NCBI GenBank assembly: GCA_002633005.1
Contig: NMRA01000649.1
Coordinates: 108,807-172,806 of the forward strand
Origin: Phoronis australis
Taxonomy: Eukaryota; Animalia; Phoronida
Length of the DNA: 64,000 nt
Direction: 5' to 3'
The position numbers and the translations under genes are program-made. This document shows, piece after piece, positions 51,574-64,000 of this stretch (the first letter of the stretch is position 1; each line of letters opens with the position of its first letter). Below the pieces are notes generated by a model that did no database searches, was not told the DNA's origin, and saw only the letters and a list, made by a program, of their open reading frames with translations.

Positions 51574-52590
51574 CTTAACTTGATTACCTTTGAGAGCCAA
51601 AAAACTAACATCACTGAGGCCGATAATGAAATTCGAAAAATTTTAGTACATACTCAAAACAAAATCGCCTTCAAAATCTACAATTTGTGGAGCACATCTC
51701 CGAAAGTTGGAAAAGTATATATTCATCATGTCTAATGAAAATCTTGAAGACAAAAACACATGGTCTTTAACTTGGTTAACTGTGAGAAGCAAAAAGCTAG
51801 CATGACTGGGGCCAATAATGAAATTCGCACTAATTTTACTACATACTCAAACCAAAATCGCTTTCAAAATCTACAATTTTTGGAGCACATCTGCGAAAAA
51901 TGGTACGGTGCATATTCATCATGTCTAATGAAAGTCTTGGAGACAAGACCACATGTTAATTTGATTACCTTTGAGAGCCAAAAAACTAACATCACTGAGG
52001 CCAATAGCGAAATTTGCAAAAATTTTACAATATATTCAAACCAAAATCACTTTCAAAATCAACATTTGCTAGAGCGCATATGCGAAACTTGAAACAGATC
52101 ATATTCAAATTGTCTAATGAAAGCCTTGAAGACAAAAACAAAAACAAATAATCCTGAACTTGGTTATCTGTGAGAAGCAAAAATCTAGCATAACTGAGGC
52201 CGCAACTGAATCCCAAAAGTATTCTAATACGCAACTGCTTTCAAAATCTACAACTCTGGGAGTCTATAAAACTGTACAGAATATTTTTCTCAAAGTGTAT
52301 TGAAAATTTAGGGACCATAAATACATATTTTATTATTTTATTATATACAAGAGCCAAAGAACTGGCATTGTTATGTAGCCGTTTGAAAACACCAGAAGCG
52401 TGTGTGTTGTAACCTTGAAGAAGACTTGTCCATACAGCAACGCAGCTGGAAACGAAAAACATCAGAAGTTAAACAGTACACAAGAAATCAGCATAATATC
52501 TTATTATGAATTTCTGATAATGGAACAACTTCACACTTCTCTTGAAAGAGGCAAGTGATTGCTCGTCAACAATTGCTAACGTGTAGTAGA
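51574..52590 (+). mobile_element. Helitron/Helentron-like element with internal ~190-bp tandem repeats
   Basis: Repeated CAAAATCGC.TTCAAAATCTACAATTT.TGGAGCACATCT units; ends in palindrome GTCAACAATTGCT.AC followed by [C/G]TAG; inverted copy at 61435-62190. Confidence 0.7.
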
Positions 52591-52596
52591 TCAAAG

Positions 52597-54683
52597 TTCC
52601 ACAGGCTCGAATGGTCACAACGGCTCCACTTGACGCAACTTCGGGTTTGTGATAACCCGGCTGAGCACTTGCGGCTAAAATCCTACAATTTTCTCCCAAC
52701 AGATTTGTGATTAACAGTATTTCCTTGTACTATGCTACATATACAGTCACATCAGGAGAGGCTTGGGTTCCACAATTTTTCGAAATGGTCATGGTCAATT
52801 TTCATAGAATTAAACAACAAAGGACACATTAAATGTTGTAAGAAATAACTTCAAGTAAATTTTATTTTTGTTTAATTTTATTAAGCGCTCAGCTGAACAT
52901 ACACTAAGAAGCACACACGAGCGCATACAACCGTGGCTATATACTATGAAGCAATTGCCCAACCTTGAAACATATGAAAAATAGTGGCCCATCAGTCAAG
53001 GCTATTTTCTAACAGAAGATACGATATTTACCCAAACCTATGGGCAAGTTCAATTTTATAGGTTCTGATAATTTTCCAATACTACTACTCAAAGACGCAT
53101 ATACTTAATCATGTAACCATTGCGGCAGCGATGACCACAAATGACGGACGACAAAATTTGTATAGTTGTGATCTAATGATTATAATTGATACAAAAATGT
53201 ATTAATGCGTAAAAGTCTGAATTAAGCGCATCTGGTACCACTTAAAACGTGTACCGAGTGGAAAAATACAGGACAACCGTGAGCTTCTGTCCACCAGTCA
53301 TTAGATGGATTGGTGAGGACCAAGTCATATTTTGCCTCAAAATTTCAATTTTGCGCACAATTGATTCACTATCGTACACAAATTTACCCGGCTTGTTGCC
53401 AAAGTGTCTGTGAAACAATTGTGGAATATTTGGCAAAGTAAACATACCAGTCTCTCCTCTGCTATTTTGAAGATATGTTCGTAATGATTTTCTCAAACCA
53501 AAAAAAATATGTGAATGATGGATAAAATCGTGCATCTTACCAAAAGCTTCATAAATCATAAGATTTCCGTTATTTTCAAGACAAGAGCAACGCAGAGCAT
53601 TGAAATATGACAACGACTACACCGCAAATGGAACTGGCTTCTAGGGGTATTGAATTAATATCATATAATGGTCATTGGACGGCGCAGAGTTCGTCGAAGC
53701 CGTTCAAAACGGAAAAGCGTCATCCTCTCCAGAATAAAAAACTAATTGCTAAATTTCATGAAGAATCGTCAAAAAATCCGAATATTACAGATAAGCGAAT
53801 GTGAAAAATTGCCTTGAGACAAAGTGTAAGTCCCGGCGATCTGTCTAATTGTTGTCAATTTAATAGAAATACACTTGCCTGACTTCCACACACATGTCAA
53901 TTTTCATAATGATCCCCTTAGCGGTTTGGCCTAAACATATGAAATGTGCAAACATTTACCTATGTGAATCTGTTCTAATCACAAAGCTTCAGACACACAT
54001 TTGCAGAAATGTCCCGCTTAACTGTATTGTAGTATCGTGCGTGAGTCCTGAGTGAAAAATATTTAAGAGCTCAATTATACACTTGCAGGGAGAATACCTA
54101 GTCTAGTGTAACTACGATACTTTTGTTGCCATTGTCACAAATTTGCCCCGACCTAAGGGGGTCACATTTTTACACAGCAATAGCCCTGTTAATGCATGGA
54201 CTTGTTCTAATAAGTTTGTCAATTCAATGGTATTTTATTACATCATAGTCCAGTGGCGGATCTAGGATATCTTAAGGGGGCAACATTTTGTCTCACAAAC
54301 AATCGCGCAATACACAATTATAGAAGCGCCTCTAAAAACAACAATTTTCAAAGCAAAAAAACACTGAAACGTGTCAAACTGGAAAAAACTTTAAATGCCA
54401 CTGCCGGTCGCCTGGGATTTCATGCAAATATCGACCTGGTGCGCCATTACTTAGCCCTGGGAGTAATATACACTTTTGATATTGGTCCTAGCTTAGCCAC
54501 AGTTCCGTTACGATTACGCCGGTTGTATGGAATGGACNCCGTGGTTAATTAATAAACTCAATATTTGCTCACATTCTTGGTGTTTTTTATGGCACCCAAG
54601 GGTTGGGGGGCCTGCCCCCAAATCCGCCTAAGAAGTCAGTGATGAAAACAACTTCTGTCGGGAGTGACTGAAATTCCAAATGC
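52597..54683. repeat. ~2.1-kb duplicated unit, copy 2
   Basis: Matches 46387-48610; the (CA)n region is collapsed to a single N at 54538. Confidence 0.95.
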
Positions 54684-57236
54684 ACCCTAATTTCCGGACA
54701 TGCGCAATCGTTAAATCGATTCGGTTGCAACTCTGCTATTTTCAAATAGCCCCATTAGTTCTTAGCGGACTGTTTTCTCGTTTTCTACTTTTTTAGAATT
54801 CTTGCTTCTCTGAGGTGGTCCTTTTTGTCCCTTCACCAAATTGGACCCAGAACCTGAATTTCAAAACAAGAGCTTGGAATGAAAGATCTGATGCATTGCC
54901 TACTCAATAGTCAACAGCATTGAACTCTTGTTTGTGTACATGTACGTTTGGTCGTTTTGTTTTCATAACAAAAATGAGCCGTTCGTTCTTTCTTGAATGT
55001 ACACATTTGACGATTGTTGTTTTACTACATGTCGCTTTTTCAAGTTTGCTTAATGGTTTCAATCATGGTCCTCTAAATGGTTTCAGTACCTAACAAATTC
55101 GCTCCTATTGTTATTTGAACCTGGTATGATGGATTGTATTTACCTTATTCCCAGCCTCGGTCTCGTTTTTCTTCGACAGGATGATGTTGACTGAATGGGG
55201 GTAACAAAGGAATTATAGTAAACTGGTCAGAAATAATGAAAAGGGGAGGTAAGACATACACGTCCATATGCTCTCACGCATATGTTTAATTATTCAAGTA
55301 CCATTTGTAAATTTGGACCAATGGCAATGCGGGCATACTTACTTTAGGAGAGTAAACGCGTGATCAGGCAAAACTTCGTGAGATATTGCCAGGTATTACA
55401 AGCGACGCATATGATTAACAACTTCCTCCACCATACTCTCGAGCCAAATGAACCCATCCCAGGTCAAGGGGCACACCTTAACTTAGTAACGGACGTTTTT
55501 TGTTCAAGCAGACTCTTTCAGTTGAGGTTATCGTTCAAACATTTCAACGACAAACAGTCATTGCAGATCGCTTAGCACGAAGCAGGTAAGGCAGTGTAGC
55601 ATGTGTCATGGGCATTAGGTGAGCTTAATAGACAAGGTCGATCCCAGTTTGGGCCTGGTCAAGTGTGCGTGTCTGACATTTTTAATTTTCGAAATGCTAT
55701 GTCAGTCATGATACCTTGTACAGGACAGGTGCCGAAACAGAACTTAAGGTGATGTATAAAAAACCTAGAAAAATTTTATATTTAGCTACGTTTTGTGCGT
55801 CATATCTCATAAATGACTGACCAAATTGATAAGAAACTGTGAGATAAAATTTGTATACAGTTTTCCAAAGTGCTGTTAGGTTCCTTTGATAAAATGTTCC
55901 ACTGATGCACGAGGGCTCACACAAAAACTTGTTAATGTTAAGGAAAACTTAAAAGCTGCAATTCTTCAGAAAACTTGTTTAAGATTTTATGCTTCAAACC
56001 CATAAATTATCCGAAACTTGGACACGTTATTGATACCGTTGTTTTGCTATAAATGTACTTTATACTATATTGCTAAATTTTACAAAAAATACATGGTCAC
56101 TCGTACTCCAATTAATGACACATTGGAAAAAATCAAAATTTACTGGCTTTCTACTTTTAGAGAATATTTAATTTACTTGGTTACAATCAACAGTTTTGTA
56201 GATATTTGGCAAAATACACAAGATTTGTCAACAACGTCTTACATTAACTTAACCACTAGAATTAATGACGTATATAAATTTATCCACGCGACAAGCTACG
56301 GAACAACCGCACAGGCGTATTCCAAGAAATATGCAGCGTTCACACTCACCCCGGGTGTGAGCTCATCTTTTAAAAGTAGGGGTTATAGATGAGTTCCCAA
56401 ATATGGGGCGTTATACCTGCAAAGAAAATGAAAATCTCGGACCCATGTTTGTACCGAAAGCTCTTGTGCCGGCCCCGTTTCTATACCTATTGGAAAAATG
56501 CGACCTGTGTTTGTAGCAAAAGCTAGACTCTGTTCTTCATTCCTATTCCTATTGAAAAAAGTTTTAAAACATTGCCCATATTTATACTTCATATGCAAAA
56601 AGACTAAAAAGTAATGATGGTTGCTAGTCGGGTGGCTGGATTTGCCGTCTTTCAAAATTACGTCAATATTCATACCATGCAGAGAAGTGTCTTGCAGAAA
56701 CTTATATCAAACAAAAGTAGTCATTTATCGTACCAAGGCTTAAGCTAGCTAAAATGGCACCCCATGTTTGCACCAAAATGTTAAGAAGCGACATGAATCA
56801 AAAGGGAGAAATGGCTCCCATCTCAGCGGCACGTTCCCACGTTACACTGACCACCCTTCTGGATACGCAAGCACTGAGGAGTTCAGAAATTCGAAGAAAT
56901 TTCGAATACAAAGAGATTGTTGTAGTATATCGGTCAATTACAAATGGTGTTCAGAAATTCGAAGAAGTTGCTAATACAAAGAGACTGCTGTAGGCGATCG
57001 ACGGTCAACAATCATTTCTATTATTAGACTAAAGGAACATTGTTTAGTTACATTCTCATACGAGAATTTTATTTTTATGGCTTGACATGACCCCAAGGTA
57101 AATCGATCTTTCAACCGGTTAGGTCTAGGGGGAAAGTATGACTCACATTGCATATGCTATAGTTCGACTTAGTCAAGATAAGAGTTGTGCAATGTATAGT
57201 AATGGTTTCAAACGGTAACCTAGTGGGTTGATCTAG

Positions 57237-57549
57237 TGTCGTGCGAAATTTCTTCCCCGTGAAATTTCTTCCCAATCTGACTTTGCGCATGCGCAGATTG
57301 GCCAGGTTGGCATCCGGTTTTGAGAGCGTGAAATATCTTCTCTACGCTACAGTGAAACAGTTGAGTCGTTATCTGTTACGAACACGAATATTCCAAACGA
57401 TTTTTGCAAAGCTGCATGATCGTAAGTACAGTGAGAGTGACGTGAAGAAGTTTTTGGAGGATGGGTCCCTTCCATTGACTTTGACGAACAGTCAGCGCAA
57501 GGCTTTACGAAGTTGTGCCAAGGACTTTCGCCGTTTCGGTTAGGTAAGT
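57237..57549 (+). mobile_element. 5' remnant of a Ginger/GIN-like (Gypsy-integrase) DNA transposon
   Basis: TGTCG start with repeated GAAATTTCTTCCC; VKKFLEDGSLPLTLTNSQRKALRSCAKDF resembles the YL..G.YP.....KR.LR..AK.F helix preceding GIN/Ginger integrases; followed by a gtaagt donor. Confidence 0.5.
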
Positions 57550-58269
57550 CCACTGAATGATACTGCAATTATTATTGACCCTGGTTTAAAAAAATTACGT
57601 GAAATCTGTTGAGCCTACATTTGCTATAATAAAACTGAAGTATGTTTGTTGTTGTTAAGCAAGGGTATCATGTCATTCGTAAGTCAAACCCTGTACTGTA
57701 GTACTGCACTACTCTGCATTTAGCCAATATCTTTGCATATTACTCCAGCCTAGGATTAGTAGACACCCTGGAAATGATATATTTTCTAATTCTAAATGTT
57801 GGGAGTCAATAGATTTTGATTTTAGTCTGTATATTTTCTGTGTGGTATTAATTAGCTGAGTTATGCGACCGACCATGTATTGTTTGATTTAAATGAAGGT
57901 AAAATCACAAAAAAACCTATTACCAGTTTTCTAAATTATCTGGGTTAGAACAAACAATTTGAATAAAAACTATCAGGCAAGCCTTGCAGTGTTTAAGATC
58001 TTACTAAAATAAACACTTCAGTTGGTTGTTACTAGTTCTCATTCAGAATGTTGTACAGTATTATTCAGCATTTATATATTGTGGGTTAATGAATTTTATG
58101 CCATTTAGTACGCATCTAGTTGTAATGACTTCCTTTATTACTTATTGAGTTTAGAAAAAGCTCATAACATTGCTTCGCAAAATTTCTCTTGTAGTTGTGT
58201 TGTATGCTGTTGCTGTTCTACCTCATTAGCCGCTGGCTGAGACTGCAGTCATAGAACATGATGCCAAAA

Positions 58270-58880
58270 GCTTGTCTTGCTGCATGCCTTCAATTCGGTA
58301 TAGTATAATCTGCGGCACTGGGGGTTTCTACGGAAAACTTCTTCATGATAATGAGTTGGACATTCTCATGTGTTCAGTGTCCTAAAATTAAGTTGTGATA
58401 TCTGATGGTGATGCTCCGGACAGGATCGAGATTTGCCTGCATTAGAATAATTAGGTCATTCTAATATGGACAGTCTAGGCTCGTGCTAGCCGTTTGCCAC
58501 CATTGGCGAGTTCTGAGTGGCACTGGCGATGGTGTAGCTAAGTCCATTTGCCAACTTAGCGAATGATTTTGCAGCTTATTCATAAGAATTTATTTCGAGG
58601 AAACCTACTCGTATGTCGACTCACTGTCAAGTTATGCTGCAAACAACATCCGATTCGGTGTCCTAAAATTAACAAGCAAATGTTCCATTTCTTGACCATC
58701 ACTCCCCTTCAAGTCATTCTTTTACCGCAAGGAAATGTTCAACTCTGTAGGGAAGTAGGTGATGTCGCTTGTGGCCTGCAAGTCAAAACGGTGAACAGAA
58801 GACTATTTTCAGCAGCAAACGAGATCCAGTCTCTCAATAACTTTTTACACTCACAACGTGGTGTGAGCGAGTCCGAAGAA
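58270..58880 (-). mobile_element. Degraded RTE-like LINE ORF 3' fragment
   Basis: Broken frames include H-M-R-M-S-N and CRRLYYTELK, resembling the RTE GHV.RM...R.P..L.Y.EL motif. Confidence 0.4.
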
Positions 58881-60060
58881 TTTTAATACCGTTGAACAGA
58901 ACCCGGGGCATAAAACTGACATCTCAAACATGCAATATGAACTCAACCTTTAAATTTACTATTTTCATATTACATGAATCTCTCCTTATTCGTTAAGTAA
59001 CTTTACCAGTTTCAGCTCACAATTAGTCGTGTCAAATATTAATCGACACTAGACACTGGCAGTTTTTTTTTCAGGGAGTCATCTAATTTTAAATCAAAAT
59101 TCGTCACCTGTCATACCTAATCAGCTCGCTAAATGTCGCAAGTGTAAAATCAGGGCCCTTGATTATCCAAGAGGAAAGGTGCCCTGCTAATTTGTTTAGG
59201 TCAACATCATTTCCATGTCCATGTGACCGGCAAACACACGCAGTAACTCTGGTATAGGGGGAGCCATGTCCAAACTTTTTAGATCGTAATAACGCCCATG
59301 TTGGCTGACATTCCCTCCAACTTAATAGGTTGCTTTATGACCTTGGAATGTTGATAATTTGCTTTTTGTTGCTAAGGCAGACGTCTTTTCTTATAGTACA
59401 TTTATGAAAAGGACCTGTGCATAACATGAAAAATAAAAGTTCGTTCAGCGTAACTGTGTTTTTGTCAATTGCTGGGTTTGGAAAAAGAGATAGTACTTGG
59501 CCAATAATTTTTGAAAATGGTTTAATACCTTTAAAACTTAAGCGCGAACCTAGAAATGTGGCATATTGGAATACAATCGTTTTGCTCATAGTTGTGCTTG
59601 TGGTTAGGCCATTTGTGTAATGGCTCTGTATATTCTCATTTTGCGTCCAAATTTCTTGCATACTTTACAAATAGTCAGGTAGTATAATTCTCGACTTCTA
59701 TTTTGCTTCCTTTTTTCTTTGCATTGAGCAGTTTTGAAAGAACAATGTTGTTGTTCAGGTTGGTTTTCAATCATTCAATTTATTTTTCAGTTTTACTACG
59801 TTTCATCTGTTCTCTGGCTTCGCACCATGGGTACTATTCATCATAAGCATATGGATATGGATCTTGAAGCGGCAATCAATCTAAGAATAGCCGTGACATC
59901 TCTGATGAAAAGTGTCAAAAATGATTCAAATGGTGAGAAGTGAGGAGGGGTCAGACGGCATGGCCAGTTTTCCCAAAATCAAGTGGTAGATTGGAAATGA
60001 GTATATCCGCCTGCTTGGTTCGAATGTCACCGACAGGCAGGCTATTCCAACAAGAACGTA

Positions 60061-60560
60061 CCGTAAACTTGCGAGTTAACGCCCTGGGCGCTTAAAGTGG
60101 GAAACCCTTAGACAGGGGGATGGGCCATTACCCAAGCAGTGGGCACTTAAATGGAAAAATTGGCAAAATGTCGGAGGTGGGCAATTACCCAAGCAGTGAC
60201 CGCTTATGTCCAAGTTTTAGCGGAACTGGGCAAGCTTGCGGATTGTTCATTCAAGCACGGAACTTGTATGTTTGGTCAAACAGCAGGACCTGACAGCCAC
60301 AGCGTGCTGCAAAATGTCATATCACGGAGCCTGAATGTCATTCCACTTACCGTATCAGCATGGGTTTGAGTGCAAGTTCTGTAAGCGGTATGTTGGGGAT
60401 CGGCGATTACCCGAGATATGGACGCTTACGTTGAAATTAGCACAAAGTAGGGGATGGGGGATTACCCACGCTGTGGGCGCTTTTAAGTTTAAAAACTGAA
60501 ATTGACTAAAAGTCGGGATGGGCGATTACACGGGCATGGGCGTTATTCGTGATTTTGCGG
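60061..60560. mobile_element. 500-bp MITE with TA target duplication (Tc1/pogo-like)
   Basis: TA|CCGTAAACTTGCGAGTTAACGCCC ... GGGCGTTATTCGTGATTTTGCGG|TA; internal GATGGGC.ATTACCC repeats. Confidence 0.75.
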
Positions 60561-61434
60561 TAATTGAAATGGAACATCTAAACAGTGATAGTGATGAGTC
60601 ACGTAGTTTTGATTATGTGCTTTTGTTATACATGTGTTTTAAGGAGTTACACCACCAAATTGTATGACCACTAAGGTATGTGTGAATATCTGTTATTTGT
60701 ATTTATGCATGTGAATTGTTTTGATAGGCTGTAGCTTCATCCATCATGCAGTCTGTCCTCAACGTCGTCAAAGCAAGAGGAGTCAGCAGCATACGTCGTG
60801 ACCACGCAACATTGTCCATGTCTTCTGCACACAGCAGGTACTTTATTGCAGCAGACTTCTTGGATTCAAATGCAAATATGTTTCTGTACTTAAAAGTTGG
60901 TTTAATGTCCAACAAAATACTGTAAACTTTTTACGGCAGTTTATTGTGTCTGTCTAGGAGTTATTCTACACACCTGCATAAATTTGTCACTGTCTTACGA
61001 TCATACTTGGAGTAAAAAATAACAAGCGAAGTACATTCTGAATATAACTAACCACTACCTTTACCAACAGCTTTGATGATGCAATTTCCTTATTTGTGTG
61101 TGCATTTAGGAATTACTGCTGATAGATTTTAGATTAACAGTTTCTGGTTCTAAATTGGTTGCTTGATGACGCATTAAAAGTCTGCGTTCTGGGAAGTTAG
61201 TGGGAGAAAAACAGTTTGTGAAATTGGCAGATTGGAATCGCTAAATGATGTACGTGGAGTTGTGATCTTGACCTAAAGCAACTTGAAAAAACTGCATGCG
61301 TGCATTTATCATAAGTGTGACAGACATTAGAAACTCTGTGGTAACCACAGAGTTTTCCTTCACGTGCATCATTTAAAATCGTGAGTTTTGTGATTTCTTC
61401 TGAAAATTGCCTCACAGGTTAAAGTGAAATTCTC

Positions 61435-62190
61435 TACTAGACGTCAGCAATTGTTGACGAGCATTCACTTGCCTCTTTAAAGAGATGTGGAAATTTGTCC
61501 CATTATCGGAAATTCATAACCACATATTATGCTGATTTCTTGATTTTTTGTGTACTGTTTAACTTCTGATTTTCTTCGTTTCCAGCTGCGTTGCTGTATG
61601 GACAAGTCTTCTTCAAGGTTACGACACACACGCTTATGATGTTTTCAAATGGGTACCTAAAAATGCTAGTTCTTTGGCTCTTGTATATAATCAAGTAAGA
61701 AAACATCTCTTTATGGTCCTTAAATTTTCAATACACATTGAGAAAAATATTTTATACAATTTTATAGACCCCCATAGTTGTAGACGTTGAAAGCGATTGC
61801 GTATTAGAATATTAGGGACTTAAGTTGCGGCCTCAGTTATCCTAGCTTTTTGCTTCTCACAGCTAACCAAGTTAAGGATTATGTGTTTTTGTCTTCAAGG
61901 ATTTTATTAGACATTATGAATATGTTCTGTGCCAAGTTTCGTAGATGAGCTCCAATAATTGTTGATTTTGAAAGCAATTTTGGTTTGAATATGTAGTAAA
62001 ATTTGTGTGAATTTCATTATTGGTCCCAGCCATGTTAGCTTTTTGGCTCCCAAAGGTAATCAAGTTAAGGAACCTGTGGTTGTGTCTCCAAGCCTTTCAT
62101 TAGACATGATGAATATGCACTGCACCAACTTTTGCAGATGTACTCCAAAAATTGTAGATTTTGAAAGCGATTTGGTCCAAGTTTGTTCAT
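61435..62190 (-). mobile_element. Inverted copy of the Helitron-like element at 51574-52590
   Basis: Reverse complement matches ~51850-52590; ends GTCAACAATTGCTGACGTCTAG (hairpin plus CTAG). Confidence 0.75.
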
Positions 62191-64000
62191 AAATGTTTAC
62201 GATTTTCAGCTGTTGCTCCATATATGCTAGGTTTTTGGATTTCATATTTAGCAAGTTATAGAACACCTGTTTTCTTGTAAAATATTTACTGACTTCTCAA
62301 TAAATGAAAACTTGTCTGAGCATGTTTCACTGCTAAGCAATAAACTTATAGGTAATAAGAACTTTTGATTGGGATTCTTTGGTGAATCAACTTTACCTCG
62401 ACCTTGAAAATTGAGGGTGTAATAATTTTTTAACTTCAATTATGTCACACAACATTTCAAGGTAATGTCCGTTTCGTTTATGGGCCTGCAAAGTATTCTG
62501 GGCTTAGAAAAATCAGTTATCTTTACACAGATGTATATAAATTGGCAAATGCATTGGGATAATTCCTTGAAGGACAAGTTTAAACTGGATTGATAACTCA
62601 AAAATAAGTGGGAAAAATTAAATATTAAACCAAAACCGGTGGAGTATCACTAATTTAGGGGTCTGTAATAGTGTAGTGTTTAAATACACACTCACACACA
62701 CCCATATATAAATAAAGAGTAGACCTCCATGCCTTCGTTTTATGAAGAAAAAAACGAGCGTCAGTTCCAGTCTTTCTGGTACCAGCCAGAATAAAATCAC
62801 ATTTCGGGTACGTTGAATTATTTTCAGTTTGACGTTATAAGCGATTTACATCAGGCCGGTAGACTGACAATTTTCCGGCAGGAGCGTCTCGCGCAAATTA
62901 AGTATGAAAACGAAATATCCTGTTATTTGACAGATCCGTGATCAACAAAGAATACAAAGTCAAGCAGTTTTGCAAAAACATTTAATTAAAAATAGGATAC
63001 TAAATTGTCAAGTTTTGCCACAGATACCAAGGCCTTCAATTTCTTTGGTCAAGAAATAATTTTCTTCGACATCTTTAGTCTTTGCGAATTGTCAAGTCAT
63101 TTTTAATAGGCCTACGAATTGATAACTTTGTTTGTTATATGGTTTGATAGGCACCTTATTTCAATTCACGCAGGATAGTCGTTCGTCTCGTTCCGCATGA
63201 AGTAAGTAATTCTCACTACATATATATTTGCAAGTTCCTTGATATACTTCACTATGGAACATAACAGACTTCAAAAATAGTCTTGTTCATCAAGGATTGA
63301 TCTCAGGCTTCAATTTCGGAGCGCTCAGGGCGCATTCAAAGATTTTTAATCTGAAATGTTGTCCTTGGCGAATTCATTGTGTAAATATTTTACTGCAATT
63401 TTTACCAATTGTAGCTGTGATGGGCCATTTTTCCCACGCCGTGTGATTCTGTAAAATGATCCGAGTTGTTAATACTTTTCTTGTTTCTCGCTATTTATTT
63501 CGCTTACTGGAGCTTTCCTACCCAGAGTTTGAACATTTCCTTTTTTCCGAATCTTATGAACTGAATTTCATGGACAAAACAAGGTTTCCAATTTCTGTGT
63601 TTTCTTTTAGTGTTCAACAACATTATGGCATTTTAGTAAGACTTTCTGAAAGCTGAGGTTGATGATGTTGGAACGCTATTTCACACAGAACACCTCCTGG
63701 ATCATCGCCTTCGGTCAGAAAAGGTGTGCGTCGATTATTTTAACTTATTACGTACTACAACAAATGATATTGCCTTACTGGGAATATACCCAACCGAGTA
63801 TTTTTACCCATTCGAGTATTTCTGACATATTCTTGAAGGAAAGTCTTTATAAGCGAAAAAACCAACTCAGATCGAGTCACGACGAAGAGCGTCTTCACCG
63901 CGACGGCCTAAGGTCGGGCAACGCCCAGGCCAGGAAATGAAATTCAGAAATATGAATCAATTATAAGTATATAGTCTACAGTAAGTCACTTTTTGAAAGA

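Noticed and set aside
50767-51735. Long ORFs of 237-286 aa
   Set aside because: Composed almost entirely of N-gap codons.
55570-55660. tRNA/SINE-like B-box (GGTCGATCCC)
   Set aside because: No cloverleaf or clear A-box; at most a decayed SINE.
59335-60915. Minus-strand ORFs at 59335-59661 and 60703-60915
   Set aside because: No motif I can assign and no consistent splice structure.
63612-63940. Possible exon or ORF at the window end
   Set aside because: Stops soon after the acceptor in all three frames; no recognisable homology.

Overview
AT-rich, intron-containing animal (marine-invertebrate-like) genomic DNA; the species cannot be determined from the sequence. Four protein-coding loci are supported. 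(1) The 3' part of an endophilin A gene (+): six constitutive exons (1904-13376), N-BAR then SH3, plus three candidate frame-preserving microexons of 3, 9 and 15 nt. (2) A three-exon CE4/chitin-deacetylase-like gene (+, 19902-23351) with a signal peptide and C-terminal TM helix but no metal-binding or catalytic histidines. (3) DET1 (-), with an unresolved first exon. (4) An NKPD1-like KAP P-loop NTPase (+, ~41866-44153) with a 12-aa tandem repeat, a 1-nt frameshift and no Walker A exon that I could locate. The rest is mostly MITEs (Harbinger-, Kolobok- and Tc1-like), Helitron/Helentron-like repeats, LINE and Ginger-like fragments, local duplications and a 675-N gap. The most notable signals are the microexon candidates at the BAR-domain tip, the deacetylase pseudoenzyme, the atypical KAP NTPase and a possible spliced non-coding transcript downstream of DET1. 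All calls were made by eye, without database searches.
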